Origin: Octopus sinensis
Lineage: Eukaryota
DNA: 64,000 nucleotides
NCBI RefSeq assembly: GCF_006345805.1
Contig: NC_042998.1
Coordinates: 86,180,001 to 86,244,000, forward strand
Direction: 5' to 3'
Positions 26,821 to 41,200 of this stretch are shown in pieces. A program made the position numbers and the translations under genes. Under the pieces are notes generated by a model, which saw only the letters and a list, made by a program, of their open reading frames with translations, ran no database searches and was not told the origin of the DNA. The stretch's first letter is position 1. Every line of letters begins with the position of its first letter.

Positions 26821-27019
26821 TATGTTTAGGTATTATTATTATTATTAATATTATTATTATCATCATCATCATCATCATCATAATTATTAATACACCCTAT
26901 GCCACATAATATAAATTAACTTCCCAAGCTATATACTATCATATGAACATAGGAGCATATAAAAAATCATACTGATCCAATCTACATACTACCATAAAAT
27001 AGAGAATTCGTACTAATCT

Positions 27020-28265
27020 AAGCTACATGGGGGTGGATGCTCAGAGAGTGTTAGCACTAGAATAAGAATAGCCTGGGCAAAGTTTAGAAAACTTCTACCC
27101 CTACTGGCGACAAAGGGTCTCTCACTCAGAGTGGAAGGTAGATTGTACAACGCATGTGTGCGAACTGCCATGCTTCACAGCAGTGAAACATGGGCTTTGA
27201 CTGTGGGAGCATGCATAGGCTCGGAAGAAATGAAGCTAGCATGATCTGCTGAATGTGTAATGTCAGTGTCCATGCATGACAGAGCATAAGTGCCTTGAGA
27301 GAAATGTTGGATATAAGAAGCATCAAATGCGGCATGCAGGAGAGACATTTGCGCTGGTATGGTCATGTATTATGGATGGATGAGGAGAGATGTGTGAAGA
27401 AGTGCCACCCCCAAACTGTTGAAGGAATCCAGGGTAGAGGTAGACCCAGGATGAGGTGGTCAAGCATGACCTTCGTACGTTGGGCCTCATAGAGGCAATG
27501 ATGAAAGACCAAGACCTCTGGAGATATGCTGTGACTTCAAAGACCTGACAAATGAAGTGAGTTCATGGCTCACAGGACAGCCTGCTGTGCTAACCTTGGT
27601 TTTTAGGGTGACCTGCTGTGCTTGAGGAGACCTATTGTGTCAAGTACATCAACATCAAAATAAAAACCAAATAGAAATTGTAGTTGTGATAGCCATGCTA
27701 GTTGCACGTTGGGCCTCACAGAGGAAATGATGAAGACCGAGACCTCTGAGATATGCTGTGACTGTGAAGACCCGACAAAAGAAGTGACTTCATGGCTCAC
27801 AGGACAGCCTGCTGTGCTAACCTTGGATCGTAGAGTGACTCGCTGTTCTTGAGGAGACGTATTGAGTCAAGTACGTCAACGTTAACACCAACATCAAAAT
27901 GAAAATCAAATGGAAATTGTAGTTAAGGTACCCATGCCAGTGGCACGTAAAAAGCACCATCTGAATGTGGCTGATGCCAGCACCGCCTGACTGGCTTCCA
28001 TGTTGGTGACATGTAAAAAGTACCAACCGATCGTGGCCATTTGCCAGCCTCCTCTGGCCCCTGTGCCTGTGGCATATAAAAAGCACCCACTACACTCACG
28101 GAGTGGTTGGCGTTAGGAAGGGCATCCAGCTGTAGAAACACTGCCAGATCAGAGTGGAGCCTGGCACAGCCTCCTGGTTTCCCAGACCCTGGTCAAACCA
28201 TCCAGCCCATGCTAGCATGGAAAATGGATGTTATACGATGATAATGATGATGATGATGATGATGA
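27020..28265 (+). mobile_element. RTE 3' fragment with a tandemly duplicated 3' segment
   Basis: RT C-terminal motifs, a segment of about 240 bp repeated at about 27470 and 27705, and a (GAT)n tail. Confidence 0.8.
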
Positions 28266-30788
28266 TATTAATGATAAGAAAAATGAACAATTTGAACATT
28301 CAGACTGTATGATTAATTACAGTTGGTTTATTTATAATAATTGTCCGACACATTTTGATTGCCTTAATTGCATATTATTGTATATTTATATGCAGCAATT
28401 TATGCATTATTAGTATACTCTCTTCAGAGGAATTTTCCTCCATTATTAGTTTGAATTAGACTTTGTAGCTGTAGTTGTAAACCATGATGTTTATCAATGA
28501 GCTGTTATTCAAAACTCATTGTTTGGGTAAAAATTCAGCAGTGATTGTTGAAGTTGACAAATTTTCTTGGTCCAGTGGTTACTTGTAGAATACCTTTTTC
28601 TTAATGATTCTACATTCTTTATAGTCGCATATTTTTTGTTTTGCTTTTTGTTTTTTGGTGGATTTCAGAGTTCTATTTGAATTCTTTGTGATGGATATGA
28701 TAATGGTAGTGGATAATTACTGGTCAGTAGGCACCATGCAGCTAATAAAAAGAAGTAGTCAGTTGTAGTTCGAAAACTTTTCTAACTTATTATCATTGTT
28801 TTAAAGTGTTGTTAGGCTATATTATATATAATCTTATAAGTTGAATTTTGTTCCTATATTCCTTATATGTGTCTTAATTTATTATAGTTATTATAGTTAT
28901 GTTTAGAAAAAGTTTATTGAAATTGCATAAATTAATGAATTCTATTATTTACATTTTTTTAAAAATAAGATGTTGTTTGTGAAAGTAATTAAAACTTCTT
29001 TCTTGCTTAGTGTAATTGAATGATTCAACAATATTCCTAATAAAAACCAAACTAAATTCCTTAAAATAGATATCTCAAATTATTCCACTTCAATTAACCT
29101 TATTCTACTTAATAACACACTAATTTATGCAATGAATAACTCAGGGCTAAATAGAGAAGAAGTAAATGTTATCTTGACAGCTTCAAAGTCAATAATTTAA
29201 TTTGAAGATAAATACTGGATTAGAAAAGATCAGCCAGATATGTTGAACATTACTATGGGCTCAATAGATTCAGCACAGGTGACAGATTTAGTCAGAATCT
29301 ATAAACTAGCATGCATTAACAGGGAATTCCCTCAAATCGGAGGAGTTCTATATAGGGATGATATGCTTTTCATACTGTCTAGCCATTCAAATAAAGATAT
29401 AGAAAAATATAGAAAAGAAATTCTTCAAATTCTTCGAAAACTTGAAATTTAGCATATCAGTTGAAGAGGAGCATAATTCAGTAAACTTCCCTGATCTAAA
29501 AATCAAATACTTACCAACTATAGTGCCAACCCAATGAAAACCTCAAATATATAAACATAAACAGTAACCATCTGGCTAACATAACACACAAATTCTTAGA
29601 AAGTATTTCAACCCATATCTCTAATCTCTCTGCTAATGAAGAAATTTTAAAATTAAATTCAGCTCTAGAAAAAACAGGATACAGGAAAAAAATTAAAATT
29701 TTATAAAACTAATAACAGTGTGGATAATAATAATACAACACAAATTAGCTCAGGAACCAGCGATAATAATAGAATAGTTAATTCTGAAAACAAAAATAAA
29801 GCTAAAGGGGATAAAAAAATAAAAATAGGGATATGGTAAATGATTATAACAAATGTATGAATAAAAAAAATACAGCCATAATAATGATTGATGTCTAACC
29901 ACTAGCATAACAATCTAACGAACAATAACAAAATACAACATTCTAATAATATGAAAAGCTATAACAACTTTAACACCCAACCTAAATTAACTAATAAAAA
30001 ATACTATCATAATAAAATTAAGCACAAAATCTCTTACACAATAGGGAATAAAGTTAAAATATTCTCTCTGATCATATACACTAATTACAATTCAATCTAT
30101 AAGTTAAGGAATTGTTCTAAAGATATAGACTGGATGATAAATCCCTTCCCTAAACAAGTTAAATCAAATATACCTAGAATTTTCTATGAAGCATTAGATA
30201 ATTTTTTCTGGTAACAAATAAATACCATAATTTATCTTATAAAGGAAAAATAAAAATATTATTCTCCAACTCAAAAAATTTAGCTCAAATCATAGCCGCC
30301 CACAATAACAAGTAAATTGCAAAAGCACAAGAAAATAACATTCATAAGGTAAATAAAAGTGAAACCAAATTAAACGTAATAATGATAATAATAACAATTT
30401 TTAAAAACGATAGTAAGAGGATTAACACAAATTTTAGTGAAACCACCACTAGGGAAACAAAGACCAAAGGGAAGCTACTCAAATAATTCCATTGATCCTA
30501 TAAGTAAAAGACAGACACACATGATGATTAGAAAGAGTAATGTCTATTAGGAAAACAACAATAATAATAAAGATAATCAGCAAAAATATAAAAGAGACAC
30601 AAACTTTATAAAATCTAATAATGAAGACGTAGCCAGCTTAATACACAGAAAATGTGATTGTGCTAGAACACAAGGCAAATTTTAAAATAACTGTAAGGTA
30701 GGAAATACTGACTATAGATGTATACTCACAACTGATAAAAATAAATATTACTATATAGGGGCTAGCTCATGCTTAATAAAACAGAGAA

Positions 30789-31924
30789 GGTGGAGGTAAA
30801 GACAATGGACTGCACACCCTTTGGGATTTTTTTTACAGGAACCCACTACATCAAGTGTGCAGATTCTGAATCTGCAAAAATTCTGTATTTCAAAATTTAA
30901 AATCCTGTCCCCTAAATTTCCTAAATTTTCACTTTTTTAAAAAGTTTTTTTGGCAAAATATGTACAAAAATACAGAGATTATGATTCTGAAAAAAAATTC
31001 TGTAAAATTTCAATTTTTAAATCATCATCATCATCATTTAGCGTCCGCTTTCCATGCTAGCATGGGTTGGACGGGTCAACTGGGGTCTGTGAAGCTGGAA
31101 GGCTTCGTCAGGCCCAGTCAGATCTGGCAGTGTTTCTACGGCTGGAGGCCCTTCCTAACGCCAACCACTCCGCGAGTGTAGTGGGTGTTTTTTACGTGCC
31201 ACCCGCACAGGTGCCAGACAGAGCTGGCAAACGGCCACGAATGGATGGTGCTTTTACGTGTCACCGGCACGGGGCCAGGCGATGCTAGCAACGGACATGA
31301 ACGGATGGTGCTTTTACGTGCCACCGACATGGGGCCAGACAGAGCTGGCAAACGGCCACGAACGGATGGTGCTTTTACGTGTCACCGGCACGGGGGCCAG
31401 CCGAGGCTGGCAATGAACACGAACGGATGGTGCTTTTACGTGCCACCGACATGGGGCCAGACAGAGCTGGCAAACGGCCACGAACGGACGGTGCTTTTAA
31501 ATAAATAAATGAATAAACACCACCCTCCCCTCCACTCTATGACAAGAAGTGAAATTAAAGTGTTTTCTCTATTAATATTGTGGTTAGGGTCTTTTGGAAT
31601 TAAGAGAGGTATGTAAAAATCATATTTTTTGCGCACACACACACACACACAACAAAATGACATTTTAAAAAAATTTTCTCTTTTGGTAATTCATATTTAG
31701 AAAGTTGATCCTCGTTTGGCTGTTGTTTCTAGCTTGTCAGATTTCTGGTTGTGGTGGATTTAAATTTTGAAATTTTTTCTTTGGTAATTCGTATTAAAAT
31801 TTAGAGATGCAGATTTTTTTTTTTTTGCAGATTCAGAATCTCAACACTCGATATAGTGGGTTCCAGTAAAAAAAGAAACAAAAAAATCCCAAAAGGGGTG
31901 CAGTCCATTGTCTTTATCTCTGCC
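30789..31924. mobile_element. Mutator-like non-autonomous element (TIRs about 100 bp, 9-bp TSD)
   Basis: Ends GGTGGAGGTAAAGACAATGGACTGCAC / GTGCAGTCCATTGTCTTTATCTCTGCC. TSD AACAGAGAA (30780-88) / AACAAAGAA (31925-33) splits the PLE GIY-YIG codons. Confidence 0.8.
31021..31500 (-). mobile_element. Young RTE tail nested in the Mutator-like element
   Basis: (CAT)n tail and about five units of roughly 60 nt. Near-identical to 55748-56290. Confidence 0.9.
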
Positions 31925-32473
31925 AACAAAGAATAGCAAATCATGAAAGTTTGTTTAGAAATAATTCTAGAAAATTTTCAACAAGACCTAGCAAGATTAT
32001 ATGGTCACTCAAAGATGAAAATGTTAAATATTCATCAAAATGGGAAATTATTAGTACTGCAAGACATGACAAAATAGGGGATTAAAAAAGGCAATTTATA
32101 CTTGTAGGAACTATACCAAATATTTACTTTGAAAAATAAGTTATTCTGAAATCCATCAAAAAACCATGTGACTATAAAGAATGTAGAATTATTCAAAGGA
32201 AAAATATTCTATGAACTACTGCTCCCTAACAGACCAAAAATATTTGTTAACTTCAACAAAAACTGCTGCTGGTGCTGCTGAATTTTTATCCAAACAATCA
32301 GTTGCAAATAACAGTTCTCCCATGCCATTTGCACATAAAAAGCACCATTCAAGTGTGACTGATGACAGTGCCACCTGACTCGCCCCACTTGGTTTACTAC
32401 TACTGCTGCCAAGCCTAATGCAAACTAATAATGGAGGAAAATTCCTCTTCGAGCAATGTCATACTTATACACC

Positions 32474-32544
32474 CTGAAGAGATCATACTAATAATGCATA
32501 AATAGCTGCATATAAATATACAATTAATACAATTGAAACATGTC
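32474..32544 (+). ncRNA. Hammerhead-like motif in the PLE terminal repeat
   Basis: CTGAAGA...GAAA CATG TC, with palindromic ACATGT helix III and a GTC cleavage triplet. Stem I is disrupted by an insertion. Confidence 0.5.
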
Positions 32545-32811
32545 TGACAATTATTATAAATAAACCAACTGTAATTAAACCTAAAGTCTGAATGTTCAAA
32601 TTGTTTGTTCTCTTTATTATCAATATTGTACTTTACACTCTAAGTAGTTGGGAAAAAATTGTAATATTGGATGGAAGTTTCTAGGAAATTTACCATAAAA
32701 CCAAGAAACCAGCCATGGCATTTTACATAGAGAAATTCATTATCTGCCTGAAAATTATATCCCTCCTCTTACTATGTATGTATATGTATATATGTATATA
32801 CAGATATACAT

Positions 32812-34080
32812 GATCATCATCATCATCATCATCATCGTTTAACATCCGTTTTCAATGCTAACATGGGTTGGACAGTTCGACTGGGGTCTGGGAAGCCAGG
32901 AGGCTACACCAGGCTAAGGTCTGGTCTAGCAGTGTTTCTACAGCTGGATGCCCTTCTTAACATCAACCACTCCATGAGTGTAGTGGGTGCTTTTTACGTA
33001 CCACTGGCACAGGGCCAGAGGAGGCTGACAACGGCCACAATCAGGTGGTGCTTTTTACATGCCACCAGCATGGAAGCCAGTCAAGGCAGTGCTGGCATCG
33101 GCTACGTTTGGATGGAGCTTTTTAGATTCCACCGACACAGGTATCACAGCTACAATTTCCATTTGATTTTCATTTTGATGTTGATGTACTTGACTCAATA
33201 GGTCTCCTCAAGCACAGCAGGTTACCCTACGATCCAAAGTACTTTCGAATGGGCTAGGGCTGGTTATGCAAAACTGGTGTAGGATACAGCCATTAACTCA
33301 CTTTATTTGCCGGGCCTTCGCAGTCACAGCATATCTCCAGAGGTCTCTGTCTTTCATCATTGCCTCTGTGAGGCCCAACGTATGAAGGTCATGCTTGACC
33401 ACCTCATCCCATGTCTTCCTGGGTCTGCTTCTACCCCGGATTCCTTCAACTGTTTGGGAGTGGCACTTCACACAGCTCTCCTCATCCATCCATAGTACAT
33501 GACCATACCAGTGCAAACGTCTCTCTTGTACACCACATGTGATGCTTCTTATGTCCAACATTTTTCTCAGGACACTTACACTCTGTTGTGTATGCACACT
33601 GACATTACACATCCAGCGGATCATGCTTGCTTCATTTCTTTTGAGCCTACACATGTCCTCTGCAGTCACAGCCCATGTTTCACTGCCATGAAGCATGGCA
33701 GTTCGCACACAGGCATCGTACAATCTACCTTTCATTCTGAGTGAAAGGCTTTTGTCACCAGTAGGTGTAGAAGCTTTCTGAACTTTGCCCAGGCTATTCT
33801 TATTCTAGGGGCAATGTTCACTGAGCATCCACCCCAACTACTAACTTGGTCACCTTGGTAGCAGAAGCTATCAACTACTTCTAGTTTTTCCCCCTGGAGT
33901 ATGATGGAATCTTTTTTCTGAGCATCTGTGGTGTTTATTGCCCCTGTGCATCTACAGCACATGAAAGCTATCTTCTCAGTTAATCTTCCTTTGATGTTGC
34001 TGCACCTTTTATGTGTCCATAGCTTACACTGGAAACGTTGAACACAATGAGAAACGAAAACATAAAAACAACAGCTTTCT
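32812..34080 (-). mobile_element. RTE 3' fragment
   Basis: ORFs 33298..33735 and 33732..34109 carry RTE RT C-terminal motifs; (CAT)n tail. Confidence 0.9.
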
Positions 34081-34499
34081 AGCTTTTCTGTCAAGTTTCT
34101 GTATGTCACTTTAGGTTCAATCTACAATTCCAAATCCATATATGATTACTGGCACTGCCCTTTAATTTATGCTTCAATAACATATTTTGAATTCTCTCCT
34201 CATATACTCCTTACTGGCAATTTGTCTTATCTCTTCATGTTTTATCTGCTTTCACTATCTCCAAATAGTTATACCACTGTCCTCTCTCAACTGCTTGCAT
34301 TGTTTGACCATTTGGCATTTTAGTTCCCTGGCGTCCATCAAATTTTCTTCCTTTCATTATCAATAAAGCACATTTTTCATATTAAATTCCATACCTGCAT
34401 CATCTGACATAATACGAACAGTATGTACAAGACTTTCAAGCTACTTCTCATTTTTTGTATAAAGCTTTATACCATCCATAAAAAGGAAATGATTTATCT

Positions 34500-35085
34500 T
34501 AGCACATCTTTTTTCAAAATCATATACTACTTTAATTTTTTATAATTTCAAACTGAGTGGTATCATGACCAGTACAAATTGTAATGGAAATAAGCTATCA
34601 CCTAGAAATATATCATGTCTAATGTTCACTTTCCTGAGTTTTTGTTTACCTCCAATCAATTCAGTATTCGAATGTTTCATACTTCCATTAACAATTTCCT
34701 CCATATTTTCTCTCATTCTAAACATGCCTATTGTTTTACTTATCTGACTGTGCAGTACCATGTCATATGCCAGTTTGTAATCTAACCATGCTACATTCAA
34801 CCCCATCAATTTGCATCTACAATTTCTAATTATCATTTTATCAATTATCAAGTGGTCTTTTGTTGCCCTGCATCCTTTTTGTTCTTCTGGAAGTAAAATG
34901 TTACCTTTTAGATGTTAATATAACTTTTCTGCCAAGACACTGGTCATAGGCTTCAATATAAATGGTAAACAGGTTATAGGTCGAAAATTTTATACCAGTT
35001 TACTTTTCAAGGGATCATTGGGAAATAGTAACATTCTTCCATGTGTTTTTCAGGTAAAAATGTGACCCTGTTACAAGCATTCGTT
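34500..35085 (-). mobile_element. Dong/R4 RT fragment
   Basis: ORF 34540..34851: AWLDYKLAYDMV, IFLGDSLFPLQFVL. Confidence 0.7.
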
Positions 35086-35089
35086 ATTA

Positions 35090-38000
35090 TTATTATTCAG
35101 TAGTCTTATTTTTACAATGTGCTTCCACTGCACTACTGAGTACAGCTCTGTGTGACTAGAGTATGTGCTGTGGTTTATTTTGGTGACATTACTTTCACTG
35201 TAATGAAAGTGCTTTACGCAGGATGTGTGCGGTGCCTAGTAGTGCTATTTTCTGTATGTAAATACCGTAAATCCTCGAGTATAATCCGCATTTTTTTCCC
35301 AAAATTTAAAGGTCAAAATTCCTAGTGCGTACTATATATGAGGTTAAAAATGGAAAAATATCTTCTATACAATGTCCAAGTCTCTATTTGCTGTCCGGCA
35401 ATGTTTTTTCAGGAGCATTTTGTGATGTCAGGCGAGAAAATACCTTAAGCTAAGCCTGAAAATCATGAAAGAATCATCCATAACTTGCAGTAAGCAATAT
35501 TTATTAAAATATAAAGTATTCAGAACAGAGAATAACATGTAACAAAAACATTTTGCAAACATATTTACATTCCCATATAACAGTTAAGAACATCACCATT
35601 ATTGTATTATGCATGCGCAGAAGTGTTTGTTTGACTAGGTGCTGCTGGCTTAATTACGCACAAATTGTGCTTCATAGTTTAGCACTAAAAAGCTCATCCT
35701 GCTGTTTGTATTGGCAGTTTGCATCATTACCGTGGTAAACAATAGATACTTAATTAAATATCAGTATTAAATGTTTGAAATATGGTGGGTCTTTACTCAG
35801 GCTTCTCTATAAGCAGAACTTAAACCTGTACATTAATCTCCAATAAAACATTTTATACATTACATGCCCATAAAATGCCTCATAGATCTTATTTAGCTAT
35901 GTTTAAACTTGAAGTTATATCATATGCTGAAGAGCATGGTAATAGGGCCATTGGAAGAAAATTTGATATTGACGAAAGCAATGTCATGTTATAGAGAAGA
36001 AATAAAGATGAAATTAAACAGATGCCAAAGATAAAGAAGGCAAGAAGGGGGAAAATGCCAAACATCCTGAGCTTGAAAAACTTTTGCTTGAATGGGTAGA
36101 AGAAAGAAGATTTGGTGGAATAGCCATTAATACATTACATTTGAGGCTACAGGCAAAAACTCATTGCTAAAATGATAAAACTTAATGAGTCAGAATTTAA
36201 AGCAGTAACTTTATGTCAAGGCATAAAGTCGTTCACTAAAGGTGGGAGGGTTCACGCTCCCGACCTGACTTTGATATGCAAATGAATCGTGTATGCATGG
36301 AATGAGCTTGATTCCCAGATTATTGTGAAATGTTTTATTAAATCTTGTATATCATCTGCACTGGATGGTACTCAGGATGACGTTGTATGGAAAGATGAAA
36401 TAAATGAAAGTGAATCTTCTGATGTTGACTATGAATCTGACAATGACGGAGATTTACACTACAATGATGCTGACATGTTTACAGAGGAACAAATAGAACA
36501 GTTATTTGATGCTGAAAGTAACGTTGAATTTGAAGGATTTGAATAAATGTTTTTGCTTTTGCTTTTGTAACTGATAGTGATAAATATATAAAGGCAATTT
36601 GCTTAATATTTATTTTTCACTGACGTTATTACTGTTATTTCTTTATTTTCTGCAAACAAAATGCACAAAAAAGCTACACATTTGCATTATGTTATATATA
36701 CAGTAATAATAAAGGATGTTACCATATACATTTTTACAAACCAAGGACATTATGTAGACCTTCTTGACTCAAGTTTGAGAAGGGATGCATATTATACACA
36801 AGGTTTAGGTTTTACGGGGGTACAGCCGCCCTAAAAATCCCCTGCATATTATACTCAAGGGCAGAGTCATATCTAATGCACCTATTATTACAGGGATTGT
36901 TTATGTTTTTGGGCTCCACATTCAAGTTACCCCTATTTCCAGATCTTTATATTTTGAGAGTTTCTCCATTTCTTTTAGAGATACATTATCATCTGTTGGA
37001 ATTGATACATCGATTAGAAGGCATTCTTTTTTCTTGATGATCTCTGACAACTACATCCAATCTAATAGATCTTTCAAACAGTATGTATCAGTATGGTTGC
37101 TTTGTCCTTTTCTGAGATCTTTTTCTGATATATGCCAATACTATCTTTTTTGTGTTGTCATTCCATAGCTTCCAGCGTATATAGGTCCCAATTCTATCAT
37201 GTCTGTGGATATATTCCTTCTAACCAGGACTGGGCAACCAGAGAAAATATGATTTATTGTTTCTTCCCCACCACCACATTTTCTGCAGTTACATATTGTA
37301 TCTTCTTTATGTGATTTCTGGTGGGGAGGCCTCGATCTTGTGCTGCAAGTAAAAATCCTTCTTTACTTTGAGTCCTTAGCTTTTCAATCATTGTTGGGAT
37401 GTTTTTACTTTGTCTATTTCTTTCTGTTTAGTTTATCCCAGTATTTGCCATGTAAGGTCTTTCCTTGCCATCGTTTTATCATGGTATTTTGTCATTTCAG
37501 TTTAGTTTGAATTTCAGCTGCTTTACAGCTTTTGTTATTTGCTCTTTTCCTTCATAGTTGTCAAATACTATGACTTCTTTTTTGTTTTTGTCAACTTCCT
37601 TAAAAACAATAAACAGTTTAGGGACTATTTGACCAGTTTTTCTTGGTGCTGAGTTAGATATTTCTGTAATCCTATGGTGGTTATTTTATAATAGTTTTCT
37701 AGCTACATAAGGTCTCTGCCTCCTTTGATTCGTTCTATATATAACCTTTCTGTGTCAGATTTTGAGTGTGTATTCTAAATTCTGTTAATATTTTATTTGT
37801 TTTCCTGTCTAGTTTGTTTAGTTCATTTAGTATCCAATGAAGAACAATTATAACTGTAATATTTATAACTGAGACAGCTAGAGTATTGATACCTATTATC
37901 TTGTTTTTCACATTGTGCTCTGTTTTAAGTATTAATCTAACTCATCTACTGTATTCTCTCCTCATCTCTTGTTTGTGTGTATTGTTTATTGATTCCTAAG

Positions 38001-38275
38001 TGTTTGTATGTCTGGCTTTGGTCTCATTCCCTCATTTCATTTGCTTTTTTTTCTGTCATGTTGTTGCTCTTAAATAAATTTTCCCTTTTCAACTTTGCTT
38101 TGGCACGTTTTTATGAGCAGAATTTCACATTTTTGGTAAATTCATGCACTGTCTGTAGTAATGTTTCCAGTTGTTTATCTTTTGCTGCATACAGTTTTAA
38201 ATCATCCATATACCAGAGATGGTTGCTTGTTTTACCATAGTAGTTATGTTTACATCCAGTTCTGTTTAGCATATC
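35090..38275 (-). mobile_element. Dong/R4 LINE 3' half, interrupted by pogo
   Basis: HLWYMDDLKLY (38111..38296), cysteine motif, RLE region, and a 3' UTR with ATT tail matching 62580-62700. Confidence 0.75.
35265..36865 (+). mobile_element. Internally deleted pogo/Tigger-like DNA transposon
   Basis: TA|CCGTAAATCCTCGAGTATAATCCGCA left end. CENP-B-like HTH fragment FKLEVISYAEEHGNRAIGRKFDIDE and C-terminal KCFIKSCIS.ALDGTQDD. Right end degenerate. Confidence 0.75.
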
Positions 38276-38289
38276 AGTTAAAGGCATCA

Positions 38290-41200
38290 GTATCAAGAAG
38301 GAAAGGAGTGGCGAGAGCGAAGCTCCTTGGAATATTCCTCTTTTAATGGGGATGGCTCTAGTTTTTATGATTCTTTCTTTTGTCTTGAGCTACAGCACAG
38401 CTTGCCACTGTTTGTCGATTTCTGGTGGGTAGTGAAAGCCGTGGTGCTGGAAGATACTAGAAGCCTCCTAGAAATCCAAAAATCAAAAAAAATGAAACTG
38501 GGTTGGGATAGAGTTGGAAATCCTACTGCAAGTAAAACCAGAAACTGTGGAGAAAATTCCCAACCTAATAGAAATCCCTAAGGAAGAAGGCTGAAATGTT
38601 ACTTCTGTGGTGATTCACGTCACATCAGAATCTATTGCCCGATAGAAAGAAGGAAAAAGGAAAAAAATTAGCCGCAGCAACTACTAACACCACTACACCC
38701 ACAACAATAACTGACATCACAACAAGGGCAGCAGCAACAGCAACAACAACAGCAGCAACAGGGAACTTCCCACCAAAAATAATGATAACACCAATGACAA
38801 AACCAAAAGTAAAACAAATACCTGCTGAAGAAATACCCCTCCTTTATTCAGACAACGTAAATGATGGAAATAAGGAGGGATGGGCATGGCAAACAATCAC
38901 ACAAAAAGGAAGGAAAAGACGGAAGAGCACAAATGATAACCAGAAAGAGAAAAACAGGCAAGTACAAGAGAAAATGGAAGAGGGAATGAACAGTAACAGC
39001 AGCACACCATGCATAAACTCATCTACACACACACACAGGAGACAATGACATTATCTCCGCCATTACCACTACAACCATCACAAACACAACGTAGCCTACA
39101 CACACAACTGATAGATTTCATTCCTCCAAAAGATCATAAACCAGACATCATAAATCTTACAGTTGTAATCACAAAAAATAACGAATTAATAGAACATATC
39201 CACAAACACATGGATATTAATGAATCCAATTATATCACACCAACCACAAATATACCAGCACATGTAAAAGTATTCAAAGCTTCTCAAAGTGAACACAAAA
39301 TTTTGAAATCTAGATATCCCTAGTTTGCTGGGGACAACAATCATACAGATGGTTGGTAAAGAACCTGGTATGGGTGGGGCTCTGATTAATTTGGATCAGT
39401 CAAAAGCCTTTGATAGGGTCAACCATTGGTAATTGGAGGTTGCCCTTATGGTGCCTGGCTTCAGTCCTCTTTTCAGAGGCTGGACTGCTGTAATGTACAG
39501 TGACATCTGTTTCAGTGGTCAGAGTAAATGGCCATCTGTCAGAATCCTTTAGCATCACCAGTTCGGTCCATCAAGGGTGCCCACTCTCACCCCTTCTCTA
39601 CATACTGGCACTCAAGCCATTACTGTAGAAGCAGCATGTTTCGAGGGGCATCCCACGTAAGCTAGGATGTGGAAGAGGTGTGTCAGCATATGCAGACAAC
39701 ATCACCATGATAGTGTTGGATATCTCTGAAATAGAGATGGTTGGCACTAAGCTAAGGGAATACGAAGTGGAGACAAGAGCAATGATTAACCAGGAGAAAT
39801 CAGTGGGCCTGTAGCTCAGCACCTGAAGAGGCAGTCCATGCCGACTGGCAGCATTGTGGGGCACTGGATGGAAGGCCCATCCTGGATTAAGTTGCTCGTG
39901 GTCTGGTTTGGTCCAGACTGCCAAGTAAATAAGAACTGGGAAGAGGTGACAGACAGGGCGGCCAGTCTCACCCAGAAATAGGCCGAAAGGAAGCTGTCTC
40001 TGAAAGGTTGGGCGAAGGTGGCGAATGCATACATCACATCTGTCATATACTACTGCCTGATTGTCATCCCTTGTCCCATTTTGTGGCTAAACAGGCTTGT
40101 GTGCCTGCTCTTCTGCTTCTTGTGGAAGGGAAGAGTACTGCTTGTCCATTTGCTGTCAGCACCCGTTGTGTGGAGGACAAGTAATGTTGTGGCTGATGAT
40201 GCACAGACATGTGCTGAAGCTGCAACATCTCCAGTAATAACTTAACGGTGAGCAGGTGTGGTTTGCCATTTGTTAGACACACTTTTCTTCAGCTTGTCTC
40301 CTTGACGGAGCTAAAGTCCTGAGTCAGGTGTAGAGACAGGGCACTTGGCACCTAGATTATCTCCAAGCACTCACAGCCCTTGGCCAGTCAAGCAATGTGG
40401 TCAGTGAAAGTTCCACCTTGGAGTTCTATAGGGGATTAGTGGAGGACAAGAGCATCGATAATCTTGGAGAGACTTTGGGCATTGAGAGGGATCAACCAGC
40501 TGGTCTCTTCTGGAGGACTTTCAGGCTGGGCCTATGGGTAATTTCCAGAAATTTGCTGACAGCAAATGGACAAGCAGTACTCTTCCCTTCCACAAGAAGC
40601 AGAAGAGCAGGCACACAAGCCTGTTTAGTGCTGCCAGTTCATGATAAGCTCTACAGGCATGGATGTGCTGCCAGGTGGTCTTGTCTGAGGTGCATGCAGA
40701 GTGAGGAAACTGTTCTGCATGTGCGGTACAGTCTCCATTCATTGCTGATTTGTGTAGCTTCATCAAAAGTTATTGTCACATGTAAGATGGATCTGGCTAT
40801 CATCTGAGTTCATCGTGAAGATTATCCTACCTCCTTCCTTTGGCCGGGAGGAAAGGCAGTTTTTCTCAGTTTGATGGCTATGACAAAAGAGGCTTTATGG
40901 TGGACATGATCGAAAGGGTTGCAGACGGGTATCTTCCTCTTTGGCCAAGGCCTCATTGACTTTTCAGGTTCCATCTGAAATGGAGGGTGAGACTGTCACA
41001 CAGTAAGTTTGTCAAAAGGTGAGTGAATGTAGCAAGGATGGCCCGTGTAAATGGGCCTACTCTAAATGTGTGCCTATAGGCCGGATGGAGTGAGGAGGAG
41101 AGGGGTGCCTATCTGAGGAGCCTTGGGGTTAAGGGCCCAAAGTGGGTGAGGTTGCTTCAGTCACCTCTAGGTAGACCTCCCCCACTATTGGGGAATTATA

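Larger units (their letters stand above)
28280..32625 (+). mobile_element. Penelope-like element (RT + GIY-YIG) with an inverted terminal repeat
   Basis: ITMGSIDSAQVTDLV, VLYRDD, INPFPKQVKSNI and CDC...YYYIGASSCLIKQR|IANH...WEII fragments. 28280-28675 is an inverted copy of 32140-32625. Confidence 0.8.
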
